64,000 nt of DNA, from NCBI GenBank assembly GCA_001643675.2, contig LSRY02000014.1, forward strand, positions 1,736,001-1,800,000, given 5' to 3'. Both the position numbers and the translations under genes were made by a program. Each line of letters starts with the position of its first letter. Position 1 is the first letter of the stretch. Under the pieces are notes generated by a model that worked only from the letters and a program-made list of their open reading frames with translations, was not told where the DNA came from and did not search any database. Origin of the DNA: Monocercomonoides exilis PA203 (lineage: Eukaryota > Protista > Preaxostyla). Below are positions 51,101 through 61,340 of the stretch, one piece after another.

Positions 51101-54100
51101 ACACAGTTCAACCTCGACTTCCGTGATGTGGAGTTCATCAGGCAGAATGCGATCTATGGGATGGATGCGGGAGAGCACAAGGAGGAGGCGATGGACTTGA
51201 TGAGTCTGATTGTGAAATACCAGTCAGACACGATTGTGGTGTCGAGCAAAGAAGGGAAAGGGGGAAGCAATGAGCAGCAGTGTGGGAAGCCTTCACTTCC
51301 TTGTGCGACGATTGGGTTTGGGCTGAGGCATCTGACACACGATTTTCTGAGTCAAATGGTTGTTGATGAAGAGTCAGTGATTGATGAGGAAATTGGATTG
51401 GACACACTCACGCTGAGCGGGATGCATGAAGTGCAGAGTCGAGTGGTTGTGAAAGGGAGGATGAATTGCAGCAAAGAAATGATTGTGGAGACAAATGGGC
51501 AGGTGTATGTTCGATGGATTCAATTTGCCTTTGAAGAAGTGGAATCAACACCAACTCCACTTCCAACAACACATTCATTGTTCATGAAGATAAGTTCGGG
51601 AAAGACATCGATCAGCATGTGTTCATTTGAAGGAGTGAGCTCGGCTGAGAGGGAAATGGTGGAAGTGCCATTCAGTCTGATATTTGTGGAAAGGGGGAAA
51701 TGCTCAATGGGGAATGTGAGTGTTTTGTGGCTTTCATTTTTGAGTGAAGCAGCCATGATTATGGAAGAGGATACTGAAGCGAATGGATTGACACTCAGAA
51801 ATATTGAGGGAAGCAAAGGCTGTTTAAAGATCAGTGAAGCTGGGAATTCGAGAATGGAAAAAGGATGGATGGGAAGGGCGAATGGCGATGAAGCAGAAAT
51901 GAAGAACAGAAAGGAAAATGAATTTTCATTTTCAATTCTGTCATCTTCATTTGAGAACATCACATGTGCGGATGAGAGTGCAGGGGTGGTTGATGTTGAA
52001 GGGATGGAAGGAAATGTGGAGTTTTCGAACTGTTCATTTGGTGGGTGTTCATCGAGAAGAAAGAAAGGGAAGATGATATCACTTTTGATGTGCAAGAATA
52101 TTCAGATGAGGCTGTGCTTGTTTGATGGAAAGGAAGAAAGAAAAAAGGATTTGAATGAGGAAGTGGATGTGTGCAAATGGAATGGATCAGTTGTTGAGGT
52201 GAAGGAGAGCTCAGGGGAGATAAGGGATACGAGTTTTGTGAACTGCTCTGATGGAGGTCTTTCTATTTGGAGAGGAAGTGTGGAGATTGAGAAAGGAGAA
52301 TTTATGAACAATAATCCATCTATTGAAAAATATCCATCAGCCAGGAGGAACATTCTCTGCTCAGATTCAGGAGTGTTGAATGTGGTGAGTTTGAAAGGAG
52401 GAGATGGAGTTTTGCCAAATACATCATTGTGGATTCTGAATGAAGGATGTGAGATAAGCGGGATTGTTTCTGAGAGATTGTCATCCTTCTTCATTCCAGA
52501 GTTGGGAATAGTCGAAATGGAAGAGATGGGAGCAGAACTTCTTCTGAGGTTCAAGGGAAAGCTGTTGCTTCCATGCAACATATCGTTCAAGATTGTGAAA
52601 CAAGTTGTTGATGAAGATGTTGTGGAAAGATATGAATTCAATGAAGAAGGATGTGTATCAGAAAATGAAGTGGATGGAAAAGTCCCCATTGAAACAATAA
52701 ACAATGCAGGAGAAGAGACAGAAGTGAGTGTGAGTGTTCTGTTTGGAAAGAAAGAATCTCCTTCATCGACAGAATCGTTCATCCTGAAGAACAGAAGCGA
52801 AACCCAAGGAAAGAAAGATGAAAAACTCGTTGAAGGAGGAAAAGAAGGAAAATCTTATTGGTTGTTGATCGTGATTGCGCTTGTTGTGATATTGTTGATT
52901 GTTCTGATCGGATTTATTTTATTTGTTGTTCGGTGGAAGAAGGTGAAGAATGAAGCAGAAGATCTGAGAGAGATTGTGAATGACAACATCAGAAAAGATC
53001 CGAAGGCATTTGAGATGGTGACGATGGAGATGTCGCCTGAGGAGCAGTGGAGGAGAGCAGAGAGGGAGGCAGAGAAGAAGAGTGAGGAAAGGATGAAGAA
53101 GAGGGTATATGAGAGGAATATGGAACATTCGGAGTCATCAGAACATCTTCTATCTGAGAGTGGATCAACTGAATACATTTTGGGAAGAGACTCAGATAAG
53201 ATCCCAGAATGGGCATTGGAGAAAGTTGATGAAAAAGAAGAAGAGATAAGGAAGAGAACACCTTCACCTTCCATTTCATCCATCTCATCCACTTCAACAA
53301 CTGATTCAGATTCAACTTTTGTTCGTGGGGAGGATTTGTGCCCCACCACCTCATCGATGTCGAATCTCGTGGATGCAATGGCCTGCTCATCGCCTCACGA
53401 GAAGCTGATTGTGGATTTGAGGGATTCACTGTTCATGCTGCTTCATGGGAGGAATGAGAAGAAGGAGATGGCGATTGGGAGTTTGAAGGAGAGGGAACAG
53501 ACAGCTGCCCAGATTCTGTTCTGGGTGGCGAATGGAGCACTGCATTCATTTGATGAAGAAAAGGAATTGCCATCGCTGGCCAATCTGAGTCCTCACATTG
53601 TGCTGTTCTCAGAGCACATGGTGATCTGCATTGCCCTCCACTCCGACTGCTCATCTTCAGACGATTCCGATTCATCATCCATCTGTTCGATGTCCATTGT
53701 TTCTTCATCCTCGTCAAATATTTCAGTGATGAGCGAGAGATTCACCGACTCACCACCACGTTCATCAGCGTTTGAGGATTGTGAAGACAACAGGAAGGAG
53801 TGTCTGAGGTGGAAGGCACCCGAGCTGCTGATGAACAAGAAGATGGGAGCAACAAAGGAGTCGGTGGCATTCTCGATTGGGATGATGGTGTGGGAGTGTC
53901 TGACACTGGATATCCCGTTTGGAGAATACGAGGCAGAGGTGGCAGGAGATAAGATATCGAAAGGGGAGAGGCCGAATGTTGAGAAGATCCGAGGGAGTGA
54001 ACTGTATGAGGTTGTTTGGTCATCGATGGGAAAGGACTGGAACGATCGTCCGACACTGAGCGAGATGAAGCGGGAGTTTTATGGGCATTTCCCGGCAGGG

Positions 54101-54265
54101 GCTGTGATTGTGACGATGTCGGATGCGATCTGTGAAAGGGGTGGGGAGAGCACGAGAGAGGGGGAAGGCAGTTTTGCGAGTGGGGAAGAAGGCTATTCGA
54201 CAGTTTTTGAGAACACATCAGAGACAACAAAGAAGACAGAAAAGCAGGAGATGAAAGAGCGGTGA
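45182..54265 (+). CDS. Giant (~3027 aa) intronless single-pass receptor-like protein: signal peptide, five Cys-capped beta-helix (pectin-lyase/Pmp-like) modules, TM (~52857-52930), TKL-like pseudokinase
   Basis: 9.2-kb open frame. MMNFVFFITACVFA signal-like start; repeated GGxxY / FxxNxA motifs; CGxxxxPCxT caps; a long hydrophobic helix followed by RWKK; kinase C-lobe motifs LRWKAPE, FSIGMMVWE, IPF and RPT. Confidence 0.92.
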   Translation: MMNFVFFITACVFAIDEAKEASAKEMCELDAKVVFRLSGNMNDNYEPENNQNSKILSTFVAVNSSVSAASVLQIQQEGKACFFVCEGSRLDIKGCMIFISSQMSPFAVDGGSMHSVNLTIGTLKPFAPIPRLFCSSFKNSERDGTDSITLRDSSFSSFELASAPFLAPDASCFVKASGLKMTNISIASGAQREMDSRARTETTIEGCSFFRVWDAVDGGILMSVNSPCASLRATNTLFECCFRTMNVDESGGRNMTRCELGANETHSFTDCEWYQTGHVVSGSAIYLNGNSTLECERCSFKNMSQVGDGTVDVQSAAGVKMLGCNFTNCLAETNTGGMIIYEQRGDYFFSECIFFECKARVNYAGGLRIHQSSGNEDETIEKCKFIRNVAGSFGGGLYMERQSNSYIISECEFEGNLANGTGTEILEGGGGGIRLNSASWMKTEPPPKLISFCLFSGNKAKNEEGHDVKIKNYFLKGSPFESSFSTTPSKRVFYNDSQTDFDSWLFTIKTTFARADGITGPVCGTTQTNPCNTIKQAFNMIEKGAEGTVNILQSTFSSTALFIGGGDITFKGESESECIISTKLLNSHECLFTLHSGSMGLSLVTIRHNSAESSSSLFEMRTGAQKLTLKNVIISGAEDGQSHTFDVSPFKVIFEKMKMENCLIEDIGLGDCSLFEEEEESGVGRGMLGNVTIQRISRMRGDGVIFSTESERSDSWELENNTFRNCMNKEGNGGSIAWSVGQSGIFKIGRGEVTTVIGECGAENGRGDEKGRGGGVYLELSSPSVVFEIVNVGFENNYAEHGVNVFIASNQLELVPKGRYGFISLLSEDVHEVEGMGDTNNATLVIPIVCYLLDVPRSEIYVSASGADHPRCGHTFFECRTLSCPIEREESTPGDGTTTATIKVGNGVEVGSTVIFSKLTRVIEGTGDDGSLVVGGEASCKGDEEGCIGVFVVLKETRMRKIELVIPSVLERHEAIFQLKGETLNLSECVVGFGVGTGVNFVEYSLIVVEKGEANVTSLRLDSMRFGKPVIKANGGLSSVSLKNVELNDMNFEGEKGFAVCEGGSTLTAESVISSDCEMGGSSLIWAGSNCIARMRECSWSSCNFVDSGIIKGVEAKEISIWGCNGSNVRVSEGDGGMTNGVAAEGGFVDVWNTSIEGCVVEKGNGGGMRVELKGDAQLKIRSETEVTLMKKCSAGLEGTTNGGGCGGGLWVGIEGERYEFDLSGMRFEENRARSGMDVFVVCDDLRRVVNGSSFSFSGEIIERENSLSGIDRQKFVSEVDLFIFIDGFSSSVIEVESETGDNGMWCGMEKCPCRSVDYGIGRLGGEGEKKIVISGSTSVEKVGDVSGVRIEGKGNTRMKVVVEKGIEGGGESVLDSKGVSAFVNVGFELPGLFEQRKDVVISSSTGSGVLEMELCSLVMQEGEEEAIEYRIIRSSGQAVRMKWISINNIRTRKYLMDLALLGMEQNGGENEVVSISNCSFESLSVVGADDSAVICGEVRRVMKIEQSNMSDVTGGESMNGGAVRVNILDSGMIHVKEGMMERCAAEKVSGGKGGWLYVNCSERRGGMPFKFEGVKFAENEAFVGKNMFILDSDLNATVRSETFAIDVEEMEDDPNEFVGSDEKRMSTDLLRFVIEYRSERIVVWEKGDDVVRCGSEEDPCETLEMGLKHIEREGERKVVGVKEKIRVEGEHDLSGIDVESVGAGYDEIEYGTVVMGSEGESGAKVCLRNSGAFILRTLEMCVMNVLGSVEAGMIVSEGGKIEWEDCSVTWKGKREGMGNVAFCVVKKGELEMKRFKVLSYFGKRNVFVVGGEVVSVIDEFTVIEATLEKGSLFEIEGEGANGGGEMRMKNCSIGSVEGEGADPSVVSSKSGSGVKLVVEDSLIEGCSCGRSTKGGAMLFELNEGGWFDVVNTSVKQCGCSVSEGKGGGVYLKTELRGELDYVFDGVIFRRNTAFIGNDVFIVCDCIERQINETQFNLDFRDVEFIRQNAIYGMDAGEHKEEAMDLMSLIVKYQSDTIVVSSKEGKGGSNEQQCGKPSLPCATIGFGLRHLTHDFLSQMVVDEESVIDEEIGLDTLTLSGMHEVQSRVVVKGRMNCSKEMIVETNGQVYVRWIQFAFEEVESTPTPLPTTHSLFMKISSGKTSISMCSFEGVSSAEREMVEVPFSLIFVERGKCSMGNVSVLWLSFLSEAAMIMEEDTEANGLTLRNIEGSKGCLKISEAGNSRMEKGWMGRANGDEAEMKNRKENEFSFSILSSSFENITCADESAGVVDVEGMEGNVEFSNCSFGGCSSRRKKGKMISLLMCKNIQMRLCLFDGKEERKKDLNEEVDVCKWNGSVVEVKESSGEIRDTSFVNCSDGGLSIWRGSVEIEKGEFMNNNPSIEKYPSARRNILCSDSGVLNVVSLKGGDGVLPNTSLWILNEGCEISGIVSERLSSFFIPELGIVEMEEMGAELLLRFKGKLLLPCNISFKIVKQVVDEDVVERYEFNEEGCVSENEVDGKVPIETINNAGEETEVSVSVLFGKKESPSSTESFILKNRSETQGKKDEKLVEGGKEGKSYWLLIVIALVVILLIVLIGFILFVVRWKKVKNEAEDLREIVNDNIRKDPKAFEMVTMEMSPEEQWRRAEREAEKKSEERMKKRVYERNMEHSESSEHLLSESGSTEYILGRDSDKIPEWALEKVDEKEEEIRKRTPSPSISSISSTSTTDSDSTFVRGEDLCPTTSSMSNLVDAMACSSPHEKLIVDLRDSLFMLLHGRNEKKEMAIGSLKEREQTAAQILFWVANGALHSFDEEKELPSLANLSPHIVLFSEHMVICIALHSDCSSSDDSDSSSICSMSIVSSSSSNISVMSERFTDSPPRSSAFEDCEDNRKECLRWKAPELLMNKKMGATKESVAFSIGMMVWECLTLDIPFGEYEAEVAGDKISKGERPNVEKIRGSELYEVVWSSMGKDWNDRPTLSEMKREFYGHFPAGAVIVTMSDAICERGGESTREGEGSFASGEEGYSTVFENTSETTKKTEKQEMKER

Positions 54266-54632
54266 AAGTGAGATGGAAAAGGAGAATGTGAAACAAAAAA
54301 AGAGAGAGAGAGATCAAAGGAGAATGTGATATATCTTTGCATCGAAGAATCAGTGGGAGTGCTTGTGAGATGTGTTTTGTAATTTGGTTGTGGTTTTTTC
54401 TTTTTCAAAGGATAAGTGGATATTGATAATTTGTTGAAAAGAAGAGTTTGTTTTATTTGGGATGGAAGTGATTTGATGATCACAATCAGCTGCTCACAGC
54501 TCAAAGGATGATTGTTGCCATTATTCGAAAACGAAATGAGGAGCAACAATTGCTTGAGGAAAGATGAGCAACTGACGGTTTTGTTCTTTTTATTATTTAT
54601 GTTTGCGATTTGGATAAAATGTCAATTTGTTT
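52709..54632 (+). repeat. Direct repeat, copy 2 of the ~1.9-kb 3' block
   Basis: Matches 9521-11445. Confidence 0.95.
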
Positions 54633-55511
54633 CTGAAAGTTTTTTTGTTTATTTATTTATGGATATATAGTCAATGTTCACTTCAACAAAGTTTATCGCA
54701 TCAACGTGTTTTTGTCAAAACATGTGTTTGCTATTTTTTTTTTTTTTTTGTTTGAAATGTCCACTGGAAGAATCTCAGTGGCAAGCAACAACAATGAATA
54801 TTCATCATCAACAACATCAACATCATCAACATTTGCATTTCAATAAAACTCACTGTTTATGAGCGACAAGAAGTCGTGTTTCGTTGTTTGACTTCACTGT
54901 GTTTGAAAATCATCAGCAAGCAACAATTCGAACTGGATTTCAAAAGCCAAAAAATACGAATGGCAAGAGCATCACAAAAGTGAATTGTGCTTCACTTCAA
55001 AACACATCACAATTATTTTGAAGGGAAGAACTGAATTGTCATTGACATGGCAATGTTTTCTCCCTCAGGTTCGAAGTTGTGCAAAGTCAAATAATATCTG
55101 ACATTTTGTTTGTTCTTCAATAACATGTGAAAAGAAAGTCATTCCAGAAATCTTTCTTTTATTTTTTCATTTATTTTTTCATTTTTTGTTTTCAGAAATA
55201 CATTCCTTTATTCCCAGATGATAAATTGTAAAAAAAAAGAGAGAGAGCCATTTCTTTGCAATTCTGAAGTTTTTGAAGAAGAATGAAAAGTATTTTCATT
55301 CGTTGTTTCAAGAAAAACATCAAACAAACATTTGAATGATGAGAAGCAGATTGTTGATCATTCTTTTTATTTTATTTGTTTTTTTGAAACAAGAAATTGT
55401 GCTCCGTTTTATTCTCTCAACAAAATTCATTCAAAAAAGCTGTTTAAATCAGAAAAAAAATATTATTCAGACAAATAATATGAATTGATCTGTTGCTCTG
55501 CTGCGGAACAC

Positions 55512-58500
55512 TCATTGCCGAAGGCGCAAATACGTCGAAAGCAATTCTTCTGCCAGCTGCTTGATTGCCCCGTTTGAGTGCTGAGTCAGCACACAAACTG
55601 CATCAAACGCTCCCTCTCTTTCCATCTGCGACAGCAAAACAACAACTTCCTCCTGCGAAATATATGACCGCTCCTCCCTCTCCTTCGCCTTCTCCTTCCG
55701 CTTCTCTTCATTCCTCGAGGCTTCTTTCTCTGCTTCCACCATTTCTCTGAACGTCTGCGGAACTGTCAGGCTCTTTGCATTGTCAAACAACGACACATAC
55801 TTCATCTCGTTCATCTTCACCTTCAGCATCGACGACGACTCCTGCATCCTCATGATATCCTTTTTCGACACCTCCCCTTTTTCTTCTTCTCCACCTCCAC
55901 CTCCACCTCCAATGTTTCTTCTGTTCCCTTCAACATCCCCCTCCAACTCCGCTTTCATTTTCTCTCTCTCCTTCCGATCTGCCCACACCAAAAGCGCTCT
56001 CAACGTTTTCAGCCCTTTCATCACAAACACCTCTTCCTTCCTCCCAAGCAACAGCGGGATCCCACTCAGCCAAACCCGCCAGTTCCCATTCTTCAAAAAC
56101 GACAAAGCCCCCAGATTCGACAGTCGCATCACACATCCTACTGCCACCCTCCGCTCAAATGCTCCGATCATGCCACACCCACATCGCCACCTCTCTTTCA
56201 CCAACCAAGCACAGTCCCCCTGTCTCCCTGTCTCAATGTCTTCCTCACAGCAGTCTGAGCTGCCCTTGCCCTGCTCTTTCCCCCTCGCTTCTTCTCTCCC
56301 ATCCCATCTTCTGCACCCCTCTGCCACTTCCTCCACTTTCCTTTCTGCACCCCTGCTCATCCCAACTGCCCCGTCCATCAAATCAAACAGCCGCTCTGTG
56401 CTCTTCATCCTTCCAAACTCCTCCAGCTTCCACGGAAAAAATGTTCCTCGCAGCGTCACCACATGCACACACACCTTCACAATCAGGCATGATGGACACG
56501 GCAGCGAGCGGAAGCGCGTGCCACAGCTGAATCCCAACTTCAATCGAGGAACTCGCTTTGGCGCAGTAGCAGCAGCAGCAGAAGAAGAAGAAGAACATGA
56601 AATGGGAGAAAAGGATGCTTCTTTTGAGTCAAGCAGTCGATTCATTTTCTGCTCCACTTTCTCATCAGCCCACCCAATCCAGCGAATGAAATCTTCTGGA
56701 AAGAATGACGATTGGATTGCTGCATCTCGTGAAAACAGCAGAGAAGAAGAAGAAAATGGTGATGGTGATGGTGATGATGGTGATGATGGTGATGATGAAG
56801 TCTCATGAGCAGCTAATTGTTGAGCAGAGGTGCAGAAGGAAGGGAGTGTGCATCTGAGAGAAATCAGAGAGGGAAGGATGTTGTCGATCACTGAATCGAG
56901 CGAGTTCAGAAGCGAAAGCGACGAAGCAATCAGCGCTGCCAGCTGCTCGTTCGTCTTGTCGTCCAGCTCTTCGTCGCCTTCGTCTCTTTCTCCTCCTTCT
57001 TCCCCTTCTGCTCCTGCTGTAATCGCTCCTTTCTTTTTCGCTTCCTTCTTCCATTCCTTCAATTCTTTTCCTTCCCTTTCAGCTTCTGCTCTTTTTGATG
57101 CATTTGCAGAAGAAGATGACGACAATGAAGAAGAAGAAGAAGATGATGATGAAGATGATGACGAAGTGGTTGATGAAGTGGTTGATGATTGTGCAACTGT
57201 CTCGGCTGCCTGCAGAATTCGCGATTTCTCTCTTTTCTTCTGTTTGTTCCGAAGTGAAAGAGAAGAGACATAGATCGTGAAGATCGTGAGCAGCGTTATC
57301 AATCGGACAGATAACAGTTTGTGTCTGCAGAATTATATTCAACAGCAACAGAAAAGAAATCAAAGCATAACCGAAACATGTGAATATTTTTGGTTCAATT
57401 GATTGAAAGATTTTTTAATAAAATGCAAATTCAAAATGAATTATGACCTGTGAAACTGATAAGAATGAAGCAAAACAAGCACACCTGAGAAGTTCAGGGA
57501 AATAGAAGATAATTCCAGACTGAGCAATTATCTGATGGTTGGCTGAAGAAAAGAGAATGAAAAATGGGGTTTCAACAATGAAAATAGAAAAAATGAAAAA
57601 AAGAATGAATGAATGAATTAAAATAAATCAAAAAATATGAAGAAGATAAAGAGGAAAACAAGTGAAAAAGGAGAGATATTAATAAAACCACACTTGGCAT
57701 CTGTGCCAAATACAGAAGATAAGTCAACGAAAGCAGCAAGTGCGATTCAATGTTCATTGATTCCTTCATCATTTGTTGTGTGATTTGCTTCGCATCAGCT
57801 GATTGTTCATTGCTCCTTTTTGCTTCTCTTTTAGTCATTTTTGTTTCCACAACTTCATCTAAAAGCGTTTCAACCTTCTTTTTCTCATCTTTTTTGTTCT
57901 CTTTCTCTTTTCCTCTTTCTTTTTCTTTTTCTTTTTCTTTTTCTGTTTGTTTTCCCTCTTTTTGCTTTTTCATTTCTTCATTTTCTGTTTCTTCATGCTT
58001 CTCATCCATCTCATCCTCGTCCACTTCCATCAGCCCTTTCTTCTTTTTCGTCTTCTTCCCTCCCTCCTTATCTCCAATTATTCCTTTCTTCCATCTCCAT
58101 CTCCATCTCCTTCTCTTTTCAACCTCTTCTCTTTCATCCACATTGTGAAACCATTCCATTTCCATTCCATCTTCTCCTATTCCTTCATCCTCTTCTTCAT
58201 CCTTCCTCTTCCTCTTCCTCCACTTCCTCTCCTCCTTCTCAAACACCTTCCACTCAATCAATCCATCCACCACCATCTCCTTCACAAACCTCACTCCCAC
58301 TCCACTTTCCCCAACCATTCCTTTCCTCTTCATCATGCTCCCCACTATCATCATGCTGTTCTCTCTGATCTCCCTCCAATCCAATTTGCTTTCCGCTTCT
58401 CCTTTCTTTTTCTTTTTCTTTTTCTTCTCATTCTTCTGATTCTGATTCTTCCGTTCCTTCTCAGTTTCGAGTGTTTCTCTTTCATCTCTTTCAACTCCTC

Positions 58501-61340
58501 TCCCTCTCTCTTTCTGCTCTCCATTTCCTTCTTTTCCCGAAGCTTCTTCCTCTTCTTCATTCTCATCTTCCTCATCCTCTTCTGCTTCCTCTTCTGCTTC
58601 ATCATCAAAAGTCGTTGAGGCAAGCAGAATGAGGTCTGGAAGAGAGTTTATGAGGTCTAATGAATGTGCAAATGGATTGTGCTTCAGAGGAGGTGTGGGG
58701 TGTGTTGGCAGATTGGACAGATCAGAATCGACAAGAGAACCCTTCACAGACAGAGATAGAAGATCAGAGAGAGAATAAGAAAAGGAGGAGGAGAAAGAAG
58801 AAGGAGAAGAAGAAGAAGATGGTGATGAAGACGGAATAGATTGCTGTTGAGAAGCGAGAAACGATGAAGAAAACGAAGATTGAGTGGAATATTGCCTGAA
58901 CACTGCCTCGTCTGATGGGAAAAGCTGCGAAAGATCCGAGATAAGTGAGCTGAAGGCGCCGCGAAACAGAAGACGTGAAAGAATCCGCAAACACAAACAC
59001 GAAAACGAATGAGAAGTCAGTTTTTTGGGAGAGAAGGAGAAAAATGAGGAAGAAGAAGAAGAAGAAGAGAATGAGGAAGAGGATGAGGATGAGGATGAGG
59101 AAGAGGATGAGGAAGAGGAAGGGGATGAGGAACAATTTGTATTAATTTTGTTGATAGAAGAAGAAGAAGGGGTCTTTGATGAAAGAGTTCCCATCATTGA
59201 CAAAAAAGACGCTGGAGGAGGAGAAGAGGAGGAGGAAGATGATGATGATGATGATGATGATGAATTTTTCGTTTTCTCTTTGTTTTCTCCTTCTTTCAGT
59301 CCCAATCTCTTTCTTTTCTCCTGTTTCGCTCTTTCGCTTTCTCTCACTCTTGTTCTCTTTGCTGCCTGCTGGACAAGTGGCTTGATCGGAATGAGAAGCG
59401 ATTTGACGAGCAAAGCATGATTGGAGGAAGATAGAACAGAAATTGGAGATAGAGTGATGATCATATGGAGCAAGTGAACGAACGAAATGAGGAGCTCTTG
59501 CTGAGTGGAGGAATAAGAAGAGAGAAAAGAAGAGGAAGAGGAAGAGGAAGATGAAGAAAGAGGAGGGCTTTGAGGCGAATCACTTGGATATGATGGAGGA
59601 GTTAAGGGAGATGAAGAAGAGGAAGAAGACGAAAATAGCTGAAGAGGCATTGAAGGAGAAGGCGGGGGAGAAGAAGACGATGGCGAGAAAGGGGGAGGAG
59701 ATTTGCCTCTTTTCTTTGATTTGGTTGTGCTTGGAGGAATCTGTTGGTTTGATTGCTGAGAAGATGAAGAAGAGGAAGAAGAAATGAGAGGAGAAGGCGG
59801 AGGAGATTTTGAATGAGCGGCAGGTGAGCGAGACTTTGGCCGATTAGCCAAATAAGCGCTGAGAGAAGGAAATGAACTTTGAGGAGATGATTTGGAAGAG
59901 GAAGAAGGAGGAGATGGAGGAGGTGAAAGTGAACGACGAATGGAAGAAGAAGAAAGAGAAATAGTTTTTGGCTTTTCAGGAGTAGAAATTGAAGAAATGG
60001 CAGAGCAGAGCTCAGAAATCAGGATGTTTGGAATGTTTGAAGCAGAAAGCTGTTCAAAAAAGATTTCTGATTCCTTTTTGGAAGAGAAAGAAGAAGTTGA
60101 AAAGAAGAGAATGAGGAAATAAAGAATGTCGATTGAACGTTTAGACAACTCGAGAAGAGAAGAATCTGATGAACGAAGAACGGAACTTTGTTCTGCAGAA
60201 AGAGGATTAAAACGGAGTGCAATAGAAGAAGATGATGAAGATGAAGATGATTGAGAGGAAGGAACAAAGAAAAAGGAAGCTAGAAATGGCATGATTCCAG
60301 ACTGAATAAGTTGAAATGGATGGATTGTGAGTGTAATTATTGAGTCATAAATGTTCTCGAGAAGAGCTGTAATATTTGTTGATTTTCTATAATAGTTTAT
60401 GTACAAAATGGAAATGAAATAAATAAATCAAAAGAGAAATATTTTAATAATCTTTAATGAATCATGCAATTAGCCGTTTATCTTTCAAACCTGCATATAT
60501 CCACAAATATCTTTTTCCAACTTGTTTCATTTGTATGGCGTGATAATAACAGAGACACGGCTTTTGCTCGTATTTGCCCATTTGCATCAAAAACGCAATT
60601 CTTTAAAAACTGGATAAATGGAAGTAAAGAATAATCCTCTTTAAATTCTTTTGAATGGTTCCCAAATTTATGAATACTTTCTTCGTTTTTTAACGAATCA
60701 TTAATACCACAAGGAAAAATGTAATATATCACATCCAAAAATGATTCGATTAATCTGATATTTGATATGTTTTTATTTTTCTTCTGCCAGCAAGAAACAA
60801 ATAATTCTGTTTCTTGAAGAGCTTCAAGAATATCAAGAATTCCGCATTCTAAAGCTTCGGTCCTGTTGTATTCTGAAATTTTAATCAAATCTCTAAATTT
60901 CCGACATTAGAAAAAATAAAAAAACAACATTAAAGATATTACACAGAAATTTTGAAAAAAAAAATACCGAATTCCATCTAATGCAAAAACTGTATCATTC
61001 AACTCTCCAGTCTAAAGAAGATTGTTAATAAATGATAAATAAATCAAAATTCTTGAACATGAAAAATAGAAATTATTCAAACATTCAACACTTCGACAAG
61101 AAGCTCTAAAATTTTTTCAACAGATAATTCTTCAATTCCTTCATCAAAATCTTGTTTGAGATATCCTATTTTGATTTCATTATAGAATCGTATCTATAGA
61201 GAGATATTTGTAAAAGATAACTAATTGAATATCTGTGGAAAAACCTTCGTTTCTTGTGGGTAATCGCCAACAAGCACAGAAATAAAAGCTTTTAGATCTA
61301 CTGATGTTTCGCCTTCCGTTTTGCCTCGGTCTCACCTTCA
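55512..61340 (-). CDS. Large multi-exon hypothetical protein with helical (ARM/HEAT-like) segments and Ser/Pro-rich and Lys/Glu-rich low-complexity inserts
   Basis: Long co-oriented ORFs 60478-60888, 57572-60406 and 55512-57302 are separated by short AT-rich intron-like gaps, with small upstream exon candidates to ~61340. Fold and start codon are inferred. Confidence 0.65.

Noticed and set aside
45222-54549. Numerous antisense ORFs (up to 378 aa) opposite the giant receptor, and likewise opposite 55.5-60.4 kb
   Set aside because: Shadow ORFs caused by purine-skewed codon usage. They are Ser/Pro/Phe-rich with no motifs.
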